A stretch of 63,548 nt of DNA, filler included, from a bacterium (GCA_027063545.1; 10 parts of 10 records of this genome joined end to end with filler, not necessarily neighbours in it), one strand, 5' to 3'; positions 30,357 through 41,000 are shown, counted from the whole stretch's first letter. The notes: generated by a model from the sequence alone, not told the origin. Program-made: numbers and translations.

Positions 30357-31153
30357 CCAACACCTTTTCTATTATAGATAATGAGTCTAATAATACCTAT
30401 AATAATTTTACAATAGTTTATATGTACCCTGTAAGCTTTATAAAACAACTATATTATTTATTACTAAGAGAATTTAAAATTACTTTCAGAAATAAGGGGA
30501 TTTTAATTTTTTGGATGCTACAGGGTATTATTATGTCTGTATTAATTGGGATTTTATATTATAATGTGGACGAATACTTTACTTTTTCTTTAGTTGTAAC
30601 AATTGCATTATTTTGGATAGGGGCTAATAATGCTTTAAGAAGTATTGTAAAAGAAAACAATTTATATATAAGAGAACGGCATATAAATCTTAGTTTATTA
30701 TCTTATTTATTTTCTAAAACCATTGTTTATACTATTTATACTATAATTGAAATATTGATCTTTATGGTAATACTCTTTTTATTTATCGAGTTGTCTCATA
30801 TAAGTACACTAATTTTATATTCCATTTTAATAGGAACTACAGGAGTATTTTTAGGACTTTTAATATCTTCTATTTTTAAAAAAGAAGAGAATACACTTAT
30901 TGCATTACCTTTAGTCCTTATTCCTCAAATAATATTTTCAGGAGGGTTAATAGAGACAGATAAAATGAATGAAATATCCCAGATTATTTCTAAAATTATA
31001 CCTTTAAACTATTTTTTTTATTACTTTAAAGAGTTATTAATATGGGATAATGCAAATATAAAAGGTTTTATTTATATAAATTTAGTATTCATAGTTATAT
31101 TTTTTATATTTATGATATTAAGCCAATGGAGAAAGGATAAATGGAGTATTTAA
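30357..31153 (+). CDS. ABC-2/ABCG-type permease domain (5' truncated, probably fused to an ATPase)
   Basis: Frame open from the contig edge; IVKE..LY.RER, YLFSK, GLLISS, LIPQIIFSG. Confidence 0.8.
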
Positions 31154-32592
31154 ATAAATTATCTCCAGAGTTTAAAAAATTTTTAGAGTCTAAGTATGAG
31201 ATAATTGAAGAAGTCGGCTCTGGAGGGATGGGTTTTGTTATTAAAGTAAGAAATAAAAAGCTAGATAGATTAGAAGCAATTAAAATTCTTTATCCAACTG
31301 TTTTATTAAATGAACATTTAACTCGTTTTGAACAAGAAGCTTATATAATAGCTCAGCTTGACCATCCTAATATTGTTACAATATATTCTTATGATAATTT
31401 TGATGAATTAAGATATATTGTAATGCAATACTTACCAGGTGGAAGTTTAGATAATTTATTAAAAGAGAAAGGAAGATTATCTGAAGAAGAAGCAATAAAA
31501 ATTACAATAGATATACTTTCAGGTTTAGATTATGCCCATTCAAAAAATATAATACATAGGGATATAAAACCCTCAAATATTCTTTTTGATTCTTTAAATA
31601 GAGCAGTTATTACAGATTTTGGTATAGCAAAGATAATAAATGATGATTCTAGATTAACTAAAACAGGAGAGTTTGTCGGAACTCCAGAGTTTGTTTCGCC
31701 AGAACAGGCTCAAGGAGAGAAAGGGGATCAACAAAGTGATTTATATTCTGTAGGAATTTTGTTGTATTATATGGTGACTGGTAGATTACCATTTTATGGT
31801 GATAATCCAATGAGTATATTACATAAACATATATATGAAGAACCTAAACCTCCTTCAGAGATTGTACCTGTTAGTATAGAACTTGAGAATATTATATTTA
31901 AGGCTTTAGAGAAGGATAAAAAAAATAGATATTTATCAGCCCAAGAATTTATAAATGATTTACGTATGATTGAAAATATGACTAAAGTATCAAACACTAT
32001 TACTTCAAATGCTATATATATATCAGATTATAAAGAAAAATCATACTGGAATCGTGTTTTTTTTCTTTTATTTATTTTTTTTATTGTTCTTTTGATTTTT
32101 TTTGGATATAAATATTATGTGAATAGCTATAAAGGAGAGCATAAAATAAAAGAGGTAATTATAACAGCTTCAAGTTATGATATTGAAAAAAATGGAGTTT
32201 CATATTCTCCTAGTAATGTATATGATGGCAAAAGAGAAACTGCATGGGCAGAGGGAGTTGAAGGAGATGGAATTGGCGAATATTTAATTTTTAAGTTTAA
32301 ATACCCTGTATATGTGACAAAAATAGGAGTAATTCCAGGATATGATAAAAAAATGGATGATAAGTTTGGAGATAGATGGTATAAGAATCCAAGAATAAAA
32401 AAAGCAAAGTTAGTTTTTTCAGATGGATCATTTATGATATTAAATTTAAGAGATTCAAGGGAAATGCAGTATTTTAAAATTAATAAAACGACCAAGTATA
32501 TTAAATTTATAATATTAGATGTTTATAAATCACAAAAATGGCATGATACATCTATTTCAGAAATTGAGATATGGGGGATAAAAGCGCAATGA
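31141..32592 (+). CDS. Hanks-type Ser/Thr kinase with TM segment and extracellular discoidin-like domain
   Basis: GSGGMG, AIK, HRDIKPSN, DFGIA, SPEQ; TM; YDG...TAWAEGV.G.GIGE...ISEIE. Confidence 0.92.
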   Translation: MEYLNKLSPEFKKFLESKYEIIEEVGSGGMGFVIKVRNKKLDRLEAIKILYPTVLLNEHLTRFEQEAYIIAQLDHPNIVTIYSYDNFDELRYIVMQYLPGGSLDNLLKEKGRLSEEEAIKITIDILSGLDYAHSKNIIHRDIKPSNILFDSLNRAVITDFGIAKIINDDSRLTKTGEFVGTPEFVSPEQAQGEKGDQQSDLYSVGILLYYMVTGRLPFYGDNPMSILHKHIYEEPKPPSEIVPVSIELENIIFKALEKDKKNRYLSAQEFINDLRMIENMTKVSNTITSNAIYISDYKEKSYWNRVFFLLFIFFIVLLIFFGYKYYVNSYKGEHKIKEVIITASSYDIEKNGVSYSPSNVYDGKRETAWAEGVEGDGIGEYLIFKFKYPVYVTKIGVIPGYDKKMDDKFGDRWYKNPRIKKAKLVFSDGSFMILNLRDSREMQYFKINKTTKYIKFIILDVYKSQKWHDTSISEIEIWGIKAQ

Positions 32593-33278
32593 ATGAGAAA
32601 AAGTTTTATATAGCATTTGATATTGATGGAACAATTTTTTCTTCTGAGGATATTTTACTAGAAGCATATAAAAGAGGAATAGAGGAGTTTAATATATTAA
32701 AAGGGTATAAATTATCTCCACCTACAAATGAAATGTTATTTTCTTTAGTAGGAAGACCTTATAGAGAAATTTTTAAAACATTATATCCTCAACTTAAAGA
32801 GGAAGATTTAGAAGATTTTGGTTTTTATATAAGAAAGTATTTAAATTCTTTAGTAAGAGAGGGTAAGGGACTATGGTATGATGGAATATGTGAGACTATA
32901 AAAGAGTTAAAAAATAGAGGCAATTTAATATTGGTAGCTTCAAATGGTAATGAGACTTATATAAAAAGTGTTTTAGAAACAAAGGATATATTGGATTTTT
33001 TCGAACCAATAATAACATTAGATTTTAATAGAATAAATACAAAAGGTGATATTCTTTTAGAATATATTAATAAATATGATATTGATCCTAAAAGATTAAT
33101 AATGGTAGGAGATAGAAAATCTGATATAGACGCAGCTAAAACAGCAGGATGTTGGTTTGTTGGAACATTATATGGGCATGGAGAAATAGAAGAGATAAGC
33201 CAAGCAGATTTTTTAATAAATTCTCCAAGAGAGTTATTAGATATTATAGATGATATACTACATTATGAAAAAGTATAA
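32589..33278 (+). CDS. HAD-family hydrolase (Gph-like)
   Basis: FDIDGT, ASNG, MVGDR.SD; ATGA overlap with the kinase stop. Confidence 0.88.
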   Translation: MNEKKFYIAFDIDGTIFSSEDILLEAYKRGIEEFNILKGYKLSPPTNEMLFSLVGRPYREIFKTLYPQLKEEDLEDFGFYIRKYLNSLVREGKGLWYDGICETIKELKNRGNLILVASNGNETYIKSVLETKDILDFFEPIITLDFNRINTKGDILLEYINKYDIDPKRLIMVGDRKSDIDAAKTAGCWFVGTLYGHGEIEEISQADFLINSPRELLDIIDDILHYEKV

Positions 33279-33633
33279 TTTACGTTTTATAGGCTCTAAT
33301 ATTGAAAAATATTGCATTGATTATTTAAAAAATATAGGTTATGAGATAATAACACAAAATTATAGATCTAAAGTAGGAGAGATAGATATAATTGCAAAAG
33401 ATAAAGATCAATATGTATTTATAGAAGTTAAATATATAGCAGATAATAAATATTATAATATTAGAAAAAAAATCTCAAATAACAAAATTTATAGAATATA
33501 TAAAACAGCTTTAGTATTTTTAAAAGAACATAAAATAGATATAGACAAAGTTAAACTGAGAATAGATGCTATATTTGTTGATAAAAATTTTAATATAAAT
33601 TATATAAAAAATATCTTTCAGGAGTCAAACTAG
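33265..33633 (+). CDS. YraN (UPF0102) family endonuclease-like protein
   Basis: G...E, NYRSKVGEIDIIA, FIEVK, RID. Confidence 0.85.
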   Translation: MKKYNLRFIGSNIEKYCIDYLKNIGYEIITQNYRSKVGEIDIIAKDKDQYVFIEVKYIADNKYYNIRKKISNNKIYRIYKTALVFLKEHKIDIDKVKLRIDAIFVDKNFNINYIKNIFQESN

Positions 33634-33651
33634 AAAAAAATAGGTAAAATT

Positions 33652-34617
33652 ATGATAGATCCAATATCAGAATTCCATGAAGGAAAGGTAATTTCAAAAC
33701 AATTTCAGCTTGTATCTATAGATGAGAGAATTGCTTCAACAGGTAGTAAGTACTATATTTTTCATTTAAAAGATGATACTGGAAAAATCTCAGGTTTTTA
33801 TTTTCAATCTATAGATAAAGAGGTTTTTGAAAAATTAAAAAATGTAAATATTGTATTTATTGAGGGTATTGTTGAAAAAGATAAGAATTCGGAATTAGTA
33901 ATAAAGATTACCCATTTTAAAGGGATAGATAAAAAAGAAGATATAAGGAAAGAAGATATTTTTAAAAGAGAAGATAATATTGAAGTTTATTGGAAAGAAT
34001 TGGAAAAGTTAATAGATTTAGTTGATGATGGAGAAATAAAAAAGCTTTTAACAATAATTTTTTCCCATGAAAAAATTAGAGAGCGATATAGTGAATATCC
34101 TGCTGCGAAAAGTGTTCATCATATTAAATTAGGGGGACTTTTAAGACACACAATAGAGGTTGCTAAAATTGCCTATAATATCTATAAAGTTTTTCCTGAC
34201 AAATTAGATAAAAGTTTATTAATTGCAGGAGCTTTACTTCATGATTTGGGAAAAATAGAGGAATATGAGGTTTATTATGATAGAGAAATTACCGATAGAG
34301 GACGTTTTTTAGGTCATATAATAATGGGTGTTATGAGGGTAAGGGATGTTATAAAAAAAATAGGCGATTTTTCTCCCAAAAAGGCAGTTTTATTGGAGCA
34401 TATAATATTAAGTCATCATGGAAGATTAGAGTACAATTCCCCTGTTGTACCTTTAATTCCAGAGGCTTTTATTATTCATTATGCTGATGAGATATCGACA
34501 AAATTAGATATTTTTGATATCCAAAAGGAAAAAAATAATAAGGAAGAAAATTGGTCAAATTATGTAAGAAGTATAGAAAGAAAGTTATATATAGGTGACT
34601 ATAATGATTTAAAATAA
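33652..34617 (+). CDS. YhaM/Cbf1-like OB-fold + HD 3'-5' exoribonuclease
   Basis: D.TG.I OB domain; PAA..VHH...GGLL.H, LHDLGK, GHI, SHHG.LE. Confidence 0.87.
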   Translation: MIDPISEFHEGKVISKQFQLVSIDERIASTGSKYYIFHLKDDTGKISGFYFQSIDKEVFEKLKNVNIVFIEGIVEKDKNSELVIKITHFKGIDKKEDIRKEDIFKREDNIEVYWKELEKLIDLVDDGEIKKLLTIIFSHEKIRERYSEYPAAKSVHHIKLGGLLRHTIEVAKIAYNIYKVFPDKLDKSLLIAGALLHDLGKIEEYEVYYDREITDRGRFLGHIIMGVMRVRDVIKKIGDFSPKKAVLLEHIILSHHGRLEYNSPVVPLIPEAFIIHYADEISTKLDIFDIQKEKNNKEENWSNYVRSIERKLYIGDYNDLK

Positions 34618-34651
34618 ATTGGAGAATTGTATAAAAAAGAGAGGTTAATAA

Positions 34652-35311
34652 ATGGATAATAAAGAAAATTTTAAAGCAAATATAGTTTCAAAAAAGATTG
34701 TAGAAAGATTAACTATATATAAAAGAGAAATTGAAAAATTAATAAAAGAAGGTAAAGAGACAATATTCTCTTACGAATTAGAAAAAATAACAGGTATACC
34801 TGCTACAACAATAAGAAAGGATTTTTCAATACTTGGAGTAAAATTAGGACATGTAAAATATGGATATAATTTAATCTATTTAAAAAGAGTATTTGATGAA
34901 ATTTTAGGAGTAAAAAAGCCGTGGAATATAGCAATTGTTGGTATAGGGAATTTAGGAAGGGCTTTAATGGGTTATACTGGATTTGAAAAAAGAAATTTTA
35001 ATGTTATTTGTGGATTTGATATAGATGAAAAGGTGGTTGGTACTAAATATAATAATAAACCAATCTTTCATCTTAATGAAGCCCCTCAAATTTTAAAAGA
35101 GTATGATATACATATAATAGTTTTAACTGTACCATCAGAGGTTACTGAAAGTGTTTTTAAGTATTTTTATGATTTAGGTATTAGAGCCTTTTTAAATTTA
35201 ACACCTGTTATAATAAATTGCTCTTCATGTGTTTATGTGGAGAATGTAGATTTAACTTCTCCTTTAGAGAAGTTAACATATTATGTTGATAAAAATATTT
35301 GTAATTCATAG
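34652..35311 (+). CDS. rex: Redox-sensing transcriptional repressor
   Basis: RL..Y, IRKDFS..G, GY, IVGIGNLGRAL. Confidence 0.92.
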   Translation: MDNKENFKANIVSKKIVERLTIYKREIEKLIKEGKETIFSYELEKITGIPATTIRKDFSILGVKLGHVKYGYNLIYLKRVFDEILGVKKPWNIAIVGIGNLGRALMGYTGFEKRNFNVICGFDIDEKVVGTKYNNKPIFHLNEAPQILKEYDIHIIVLTVPSEVTESVFKYFYDLGIRAFLNLTPVIINCSSCVYVENVDLTSPLEKLTYYVDKNICNS

Positions 35312-35335
35312 CAAATTATATAAAAGGAGAAAATA

Positions 35336-35686
35336 GTGCTTGATTTTGTAGAGTTTGAAATAGAAGAAGGAAGGTTTTATATAAAAACTCTAAGTTTAGA
35401 AAAGTTATCTACCAGTGAAGTTGACTTATTTACAGAATCTATCATTGTATATTGGAAAAAAAATGAGGATAAATATACTCATATTGTAGAAAAGTTCCCT
35501 ATAATTTCGATAAAAGATTTGAAAAATCTTACATTATTTGGAGTATTATTTTTGAGATTTGTTCTATACAAATTAAAAGAAAGTAAAATAAGTGTTCAAA
35601 TCGAAATAGAAGATAAAAGTTGTTATAGTAAATTAGAAAATTTAATATTGGACCCTTATTATGATAATGTTATTATTAATGATTAA
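35336..35686 (+). CDS. Hypothetical protein, possibly a degenerate STAS domain
   Basis: AAGGAG RBS with GTG start; STAS-like size and pattern but TLFG in place of DSSG. Confidence 0.5.
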   Translation: MLDFVEFEIEEGRFYIKTLSLEKLSTSEVDLFTESIIVYWKKNEDKYTHIVEKFPIISIKDLKNLTLFGVLFLRFVLYKLKESKISVQIEIEDKSCYSKLENLILDPYYDNVIIND

Positions 35687-35719
35687 TGAAGTAAAATTTA
35701 AAATTAATGTAGACGTATT

Positions 35720-37141
35720 ATGAAGGAAATTGTTTTTCTGTTTTTTCTAAAGGATAAAAGTTTAGAAGCAATATTAAGAAAATTTGGTGTAAATATTATC
35801 TCTGTTTTAAATAGTAAATTTAAACTTAATTTTTTATATAGTTTAGATGAGTTTTTTAATCTAGAAATCACAGGTGATGAGTTTTTCTTTTTAATAGAAG
35901 ATGAATTTTTTGAAGAGAATAGACATTTTTTTTATCATTATAAAAAAATTTTTAACTATTGTTTTATTGTATTTCTTTCCTATTTTAGATATCAAGAATA
36001 TAAAGATTTAGGCATATTCAATTATTTAATAATAAAAGATACAGAGTCAATATTACTCCAGCAGTTATATACTGTATATAGATTGGAACAGGCAAGAATG
36101 AAGATTACATCTTTAAATATAGAATACAAAGAATTTTTTAATAATAGTTTAGAGGCTTATAAAAGAGCAATTAAATATGAATTAAGTAATATCCCTAATT
36201 ATTTACATGTGGATTTTCATATAATTCATGGTAAAAATTTTCCCAACTGGCTATTTCATATAAAAGAAGATAAAAAAGAAAAAAGAACTCTTATCGTTTA
36301 TATAGAAAAATTAGGAGATATGACAGTTGATAGTATAAGGGAATTATTTTTTATATATGGACGAGTAAGAGAAAGAGGTATAGATAAAGTAAAAGAGTTT
36401 GTTCAAGGTATATCAAAAGATGAAGAATTTGGATTTATTTTAATTGAGGTGAATAATTTATTGAAATATAATATATCATACTACAATATATCTAAAGATA
36501 GAGTGTTTAGATATAATGATACTAAAGGGAACTATAAATATTTCCTTATAGATAATTTTATTGGTAATAATTTTCAAATGTTAAAGTATAGAAAGAAGAT
36601 TTTTTTAGAAAAGAACATAGAAAAGGTTATTTTTAGTAAGACAGAAAGGGTTATAAATAATGATACTCTTTTCTCATTAGTTATTAAAATAACAAAAAAA
36701 GAAAAGGTATTCCATTCTACTATTAATTATAATGTGTATAATAGATTTTATTTATCAAAATTATACAGAATTATAGAAGTAAAAGATATAGAGGAAGTTA
36801 TGAAAGATTTAGATAATATTGATATAAAGAATAAATTTTCCCAAAAAAAATATAATAATTTAAAAATAGTACTTATGGAAGTTTTGAAAAATAGTATTTA
36901 TCATGGTTTTGAATTTAATCCTAATTTAATGGTTTATTTATTATTATTAATAAGAAAAAATAAAGTAATTTTTATACTCGAAGATATTTCATTGAGAAAA
37001 TTTAAATTTGCAAAAAAGAAAAAAGAGTTATTCTCCCTTGGCGGTAGAGGACTTTTTTTAATAGAAAAATTAAGTGATAAAATAGATGAATATAAAAATG
37101 TATATTTAAAGATAGAGTTTAATTTTGATAAAAAAAAATAG
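35720..37141 (+). CDS. Protein with C-terminal RsbW/SpoIIAB-like HATPase domain
   Basis: E.LKNSIYHG N-box and GGRGLFLIEKLSD G2 box. Confidence 0.7.
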   Translation: MKEIVFLFFLKDKSLEAILRKFGVNIISVLNSKFKLNFLYSLDEFFNLEITGDEFFFLIEDEFFEENRHFFYHYKKIFNYCFIVFLSYFRYQEYKDLGIFNYLIIKDTESILLQQLYTVYRLEQARMKITSLNIEYKEFFNNSLEAYKRAIKYELSNIPNYLHVDFHIIHGKNFPNWLFHIKEDKKEKRTLIVYIEKLGDMTVDSIRELFFIYGRVRERGIDKVKEFVQGISKDEEFGFILIEVNNLLKYNISYYNISKDRVFRYNDTKGNYKYFLIDNFIGNNFQMLKYRKKIFLEKNIEKVIFSKTERVINNDTLFSLVIKITKKEKVFHSTINYNVYNRFYLSKLYRIIEVKDIEEVMKDLDNIDIKNKFSQKKYNNLKIVLMEVLKNSIYHGFEFNPNLMVYLLLLIRKNKVIFILEDISLRKFKFAKKKKELFSLGGRGLFLIEKLSDKIDEYKNVYLKIEFNFDKKK

Positions 37142-37157
37142 ATAAGGAGAGAAGAAA

Positions 37158-37753
37158 ATGTTAATGAAGATTTTGAGAAAAATTTTTGGATCAAGAAATG
37201 AGAGAATAATAAAAAAATTGAGAAAAGATGTAGAAGTAATAAATTCTCTGGAAGAGGAAATATCAAAATTAACTGATAAACAATTAAGGGATAAAACTAA
37301 TGAATTTAGAAGAAGATTGGCAAAAGGAGAGAAGTTAGATGATATAATGCATGAAGCTTTTGCAGTGGTTAGAGAAGCTGCTAAAAGAACCTTAGGGATG
37401 CGTCATTTTGATGTCCAAGTAATTGGGGCTATTGTTCTTCATCAAGGTAAAATTGCTGAAATGAAGACAGGAGAGGGAAAAACTTTAGTTGCTACAATGC
37501 CTGCTTATTTAAATGCATTAGCTTTGAGTGATAAATGGGTAGAAAGAGCAAGAAAAGAGTTTGGGAAGGATCCAGAAAATTGGATATTTGAACCTTTTGA
37601 TGATAGAACACCTGTTGGGAAAGGAGTACATGTAGTAACAGTAAATGATTATCTAGCAAAAAGAGATGCCGAGTGGATGGGACCTGTTTATGAGTTTCTT
37701 GGTTTAAAGGTGAGTTATATTTTAACTACATCTTCGCATAAGGAGAGAGTAGA
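37158..37753 (+). CDS. secA: Preprotein translocase ATPase (3' truncated)
   Basis: [43 protein letters not shown]. Confidence 0.97.
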
Positions 37754-37853
37754 NNNNNNNNNNNNNNNNNNNNNNNNNNNNNNNNNNNNNNNNNNNNTTA
37801 ATTAATTAANNNNNNNNNNNNNNNNNNNNNNNNNNNNNNNNNNNNNNNNNNNN
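37754..37853. other. Artificial contig linker
   Basis: N run with TTAATTAATTAA. Confidence 0.99.
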
Positions 37854-37855
37854 TA

Positions 37856-38161
37856 GGTGAGAATGGAAAGTATCTTTCTGGAGGTGAAAGACAAAGGGTT
37901 GTTCTTGCTAGAACAATAATTCCAGATAAAGATTTTATCATATTTGATGAGCCAACATCAGCTTTAGATACAAAAACAGAAGATAAAGTAATAGATTATT
38001 TATTCAATGAAAAAAAGGATAAAACAATAATTATTGTAACCCATAAATTTAAACTTATAAAATATACAAATAAAGTATTAATGATAGAAAATGGTAAAGT
38101 TAAGTATTGGGGTGATACAGAAAAGTTTATAGAACAAAACAAAACAGAGCTTGGGATATGA
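37856..38161 (+). CDS. ABC transporter ATP-binding domain, C-terminal fragment (not in ORF track)
   Basis: Manual translation GENGKYLSGGERQRVVLAR...FDEPTSALD...IIVTH; TGA overlaps the pcrA ATG. Confidence 0.88.
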   Translation, partial: GENGKYLSGGERQRVVLARTIIPDKDFIIFDEPTSALDTKTEDKVIDYLFNEKKDKTIIIVTHKFKLIKYTNKVLMIENGKVKYWGDTEKFIEQNKTELGI

Positions 38162-40167
38162 TTGATTATAGAAAAGAATTGAATTCTCAGCAGTATGAGG
38201 CAGTTACAACTATATGGGGCCCTATTTTTGTATTTGCTGGTGCAGGAAGTGGTAAAACAAAGGTTTTAACTTATAGGATTGCTTATCTAATAGAAAAAGG
38301 TTATGCTTCTCCTTCTGAGATTTTAGGTATTACTTTTACCAATAAAGCAGCAAAAGAGATGAAGGAAAGAGTAGGAAGGTTAGTTGGGAATAAAGCTTCT
38401 GATATATTTTTATCTACATTTCATTCTTTTTGTTTGAAAGTATTAAGGGAGGATATAGAAAAAACAGGAATTTATCATAATAATTTCGTTATATATGATG
38501 AAACTGATCAATTATCTTTAATAACAAAAATAATAAAAGAAAACTATGCTGACACGGGTTATTCACCTAGGGAAATGAAAAGGCTTATTTCTCATATAAA
38601 ATCTAATATAGATAGAAAAGAAAAAGATTCAGATGATTTAGTTTATAGAATATATAGAGCTTACCAAAAATCATTGATTAGTTATAATGCTTTAGATTTT
38701 GATGACTTATTATTAATAACCTATAGACTATTTAAAGAAAATGAAGAAATAAGAAAAAAATGGGCTTCAAAATTTAAGTTTATTATGATAGATGAGTTTC
38801 AAGACACATCGCTTTTGCAATTTAATTTAATTTATGAGATAGCAAAAGATCATGAAAATATTATGGTAGTTGGTGATGATGATCAAACAATATACTCATG
38901 GCGGGGAGCAAATATTGATAATATATTTAATTTTGAAAAAATATTTAAAAAAGCAAAAATTATAAAATTGGAAAGAAACTATAGATCAACACAAGAGATT
39001 TTAAATGTAGCAAATAGTGTTATAGAAAAAAATATAAAGAGAACTCCTAAAAAATTATGGAATGATCAAAAAGGCGAAAAGGTTGAGATAAGAATATATC
39101 AGACAGAAGAAGAAGAGGCAGAGGATATAATAAGTGAGATTTTTAAGCAGGTTGTTATAAAGAAAAATTTTAAATTTTCAGATATAGCAATATTATATAG
39201 GGCAAATCATAATTCTAGAATCTTTGAAGAGTACGCCCGTTTAAAACAAATTCCATATAAAGTTGTTGGTGGTAAAGATTTCTATTCAAGAAAAGAAATT
39301 GTTTATGCTTTGTCTTATTTAAAAGTATTAGTAAATCCTTTAGATACCTTATCATTAATAAGAGTATTAGAGTATCCTCCTAAAGGTATAGGAGAGGTAA
39401 CTATAAATAGGATAAATGAATATATAAAAGAGAAAAAGATTAGTTTTTTTGAGGGGTTAAATCAGATTGATTTTATAAATAATATTCCAGATAGGGCAAA
39501 AAGGGCTATAAAAGAACTTTTGGACCTATTTAATATTGCAAAAGAATATTTTGATAGACTTGAAAGTTGGCAAGATGCTTTAGATAGATATATGAGTCTT
39601 GCAGGTGTTTATGATTATATTAAAGTTTCAGAGAAAGAGAAGTCAAAGGCAGAAAAGAGGATTTTAAACATAAAAGAATTGGGGAGAAGTTTAGACTTAT
39701 TTAAAAGTAGAAGTAAGAATAAGAGTTTAAAAGGATTTTTAGATATGATTTCTCTTATCTCTGATTCAGATATTTCAAAGGGTAAAAAAGAAGGAATAAC
39801 TTTAATGACAGTTCATGCTTCAAAAGGACTTGAATTTCCATTTGTAATACTTCCTTTAATGGTTGATGGGAATTTTCCAAGTAGAAAGAGTATAGAAGAA
39901 GATGAGAAAGCAATAGAAGAGGAGAGAAGATTATTTTACGTGGCAATAACAAGAGCAAAAAGGAAGCTTCTTATTACAGCCTTTTTAAATAAAATGATAA
40001 GAGGGAATTTTATTCCTCAGGAGATTTCGCCTTTTATTGAGGAAGCAAAAAAAAGCAATGCTGTAGAAATAAAATTTTTGGGAGAGTTTAAGAATAATAG
40101 ATATAATAAGTTTGATAGAGAATTAAAAAGTAAGATTAAGGATATTTTATCATCACTGGGAGATTAG
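38158..40167 (+). CDS. UvrD/Rep/PcrA-family DNA helicase
   Basis: AGAGSGKT, TFTNKAA.EM, DEFQDT, VGDDDQ.IY.WRGA, NYRST, HASKGLEF, EERRLFYVAITRA. Confidence 0.95.
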   Translation: MIDYRKELNSQQYEAVTTIWGPIFVFAGAGSGKTKVLTYRIAYLIEKGYASPSEILGITFTNKAAKEMKERVGRLVGNKASDIFLSTFHSFCLKVLREDIEKTGIYHNNFVIYDETDQLSLITKIIKENYADTGYSPREMKRLISHIKSNIDRKEKDSDDLVYRIYRAYQKSLISYNALDFDDLLLITYRLFKENEEIRKKWASKFKFIMIDEFQDTSLLQFNLIYEIAKDHENIMVVGDDDQTIYSWRGANIDNIFNFEKIFKKAKIIKLERNYRSTQEILNVANSVIEKNIKRTPKKLWNDQKGEKVEIRIYQTEEEEAEDIISEIFKQVVIKKNFKFSDIAILYRANHNSRIFEEYARLKQIPYKVVGGKDFYSRKEIVYALSYLKVLVNPLDTLSLIRVLEYPPKGIGEVTINRINEYIKEKKISFFEGLNQIDFINNIPDRAKRAIKELLDLFNIAKEYFDRLESWQDALDRYMSLAGVYDYIKVSEKEKSKAEKRILNIKELGRSLDLFKSRSKNKSLKGFLDMISLISDSDISKGKKEGITLMTVHASKGLEFPFVILPLMVDGNFPSRKSIEEDEKAIEEERRLFYVAITRAKRKLLITAFLNKMIRGNFIPQEISPFIEEAKKSNAVEIKFLGEFKNNRYNKFDRELKSKIKDILSSLGD

Positions 40168-40234
40168 TAGGAGAAAATGAATAGTTCATATTTAATTTTG
40201 ATTTAAAAAAGATAATATAAATTAGGTTTTCCCT

Positions 40235-40263
40235 TTGTAAAACTCCATAAATTTTTTTATATT
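40235..40263 (+). promoter_or_regulatory. Putative sigma70 promoter of rpsU
   Basis: TTGTAA-17nt-TATATT; weak evidence in such AT-rich DNA. Confidence 0.35.
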
Positions 40264-40316
40264 TTTCTACAATAAAAATTAAAAATCCCACAAAAACGGA
40301 AGGGAGGTGAGTTTAA

Positions 40317-40523
40317 GTGGGAGAGATAGGAATTATTGTTAGAGAAGGTGAAGACTTTGAAAAGGCTTTTAAAAGATTTAAAAGGGTATTTGAAAGAGCA
40401 GGAGTAATTAGACAACTTAAAAGACACATGTATTATGAAAAGCCTTCAGAAATCAAAAAGAAAAAAATGAATGCATTAAAAAGAGAGTTAGAACAACTAA
40501 GAAAAAGAAACAAAAAGAAATAA
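40317..40523 (+). CDS. rpsU: 30S ribosomal protein S21
   Basis: VREGEDFEKAFKRFKR, YEKPS; strong GGAGGTGA RBS with GTG start. Confidence 0.95.
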   Translation: MGEIGIIVREGEDFEKAFKRFKRVFERAGVIRQLKRHMYYEKPSEIKKKKMNALKRELEQLRKRNKKK

Positions 40524-40532
40524 TATTAAAAT

Positions 40533-40564
40533 ACCCTGCCAATTTATGGCAGGGTTTTGATTTA
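40533..40564 (+). terminator. Rho-independent terminator after rpsU
   Basis: ACCCTGCCA-ATTTA-TGGCAGGGT followed by TTTGATTTT. Confidence 0.8.
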
Positions 40565-40566
40565 TT

Positions 40567-40992
40567 ATGAGTTCCCAAAATTTCAAAGAATCTTCGAATT
40601 ACGAAGAACTTATTAATATTTTAAAATTTCAAGATAATGGATTAATCCCGGTTATTGTTGTAGATTATAAAACAAAAGATATATTAATGTTTGCATATAT
40701 GAATAAAGACGCCCTTTATAATACATTAAAAACAGGTAAAATGACCTATTATTCTAGAAGTAGAAAAAAACTTTGGATAAAAGGTGAAACAAGTGGTAAT
40801 TATCAATTAGTAAAAAGAGTTTTAGTAGATTGTGATGGCGATGTTCTTTTATTTTATGTTGAACAGAAAGGTGTAGCTTGTCATACAGGACATTATAGTT
40901 GTTTTTATAGAGAATATGATCCTAATAGTAAAGAAATAAAAGAAATTTCTCCTGTAATAATTGATCCTAAAGAACTTTATAAAAATTCCTAA
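40567..40992 (+). CDS. hisI: Phosphoribosyl-AMP cyclohydrolase
   Basis: YSRSR..LW.KGETSG, DCDGD, ACHTG..SCF. Confidence 0.95.
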   Translation: MSSQNFKESSNYEELINILKFQDNGLIPVIVVDYKTKDILMFAYMNKDALYNTLKTGKMTYYSRSRKKLWIKGETSGNYQLVKRVLVDCDGDVLLFYVEQKGVACHTGHYSCFYREYDPNSKEIKEISPVIIDPKELYKNS

Positions 40993-41000
40993 ATAAATTT

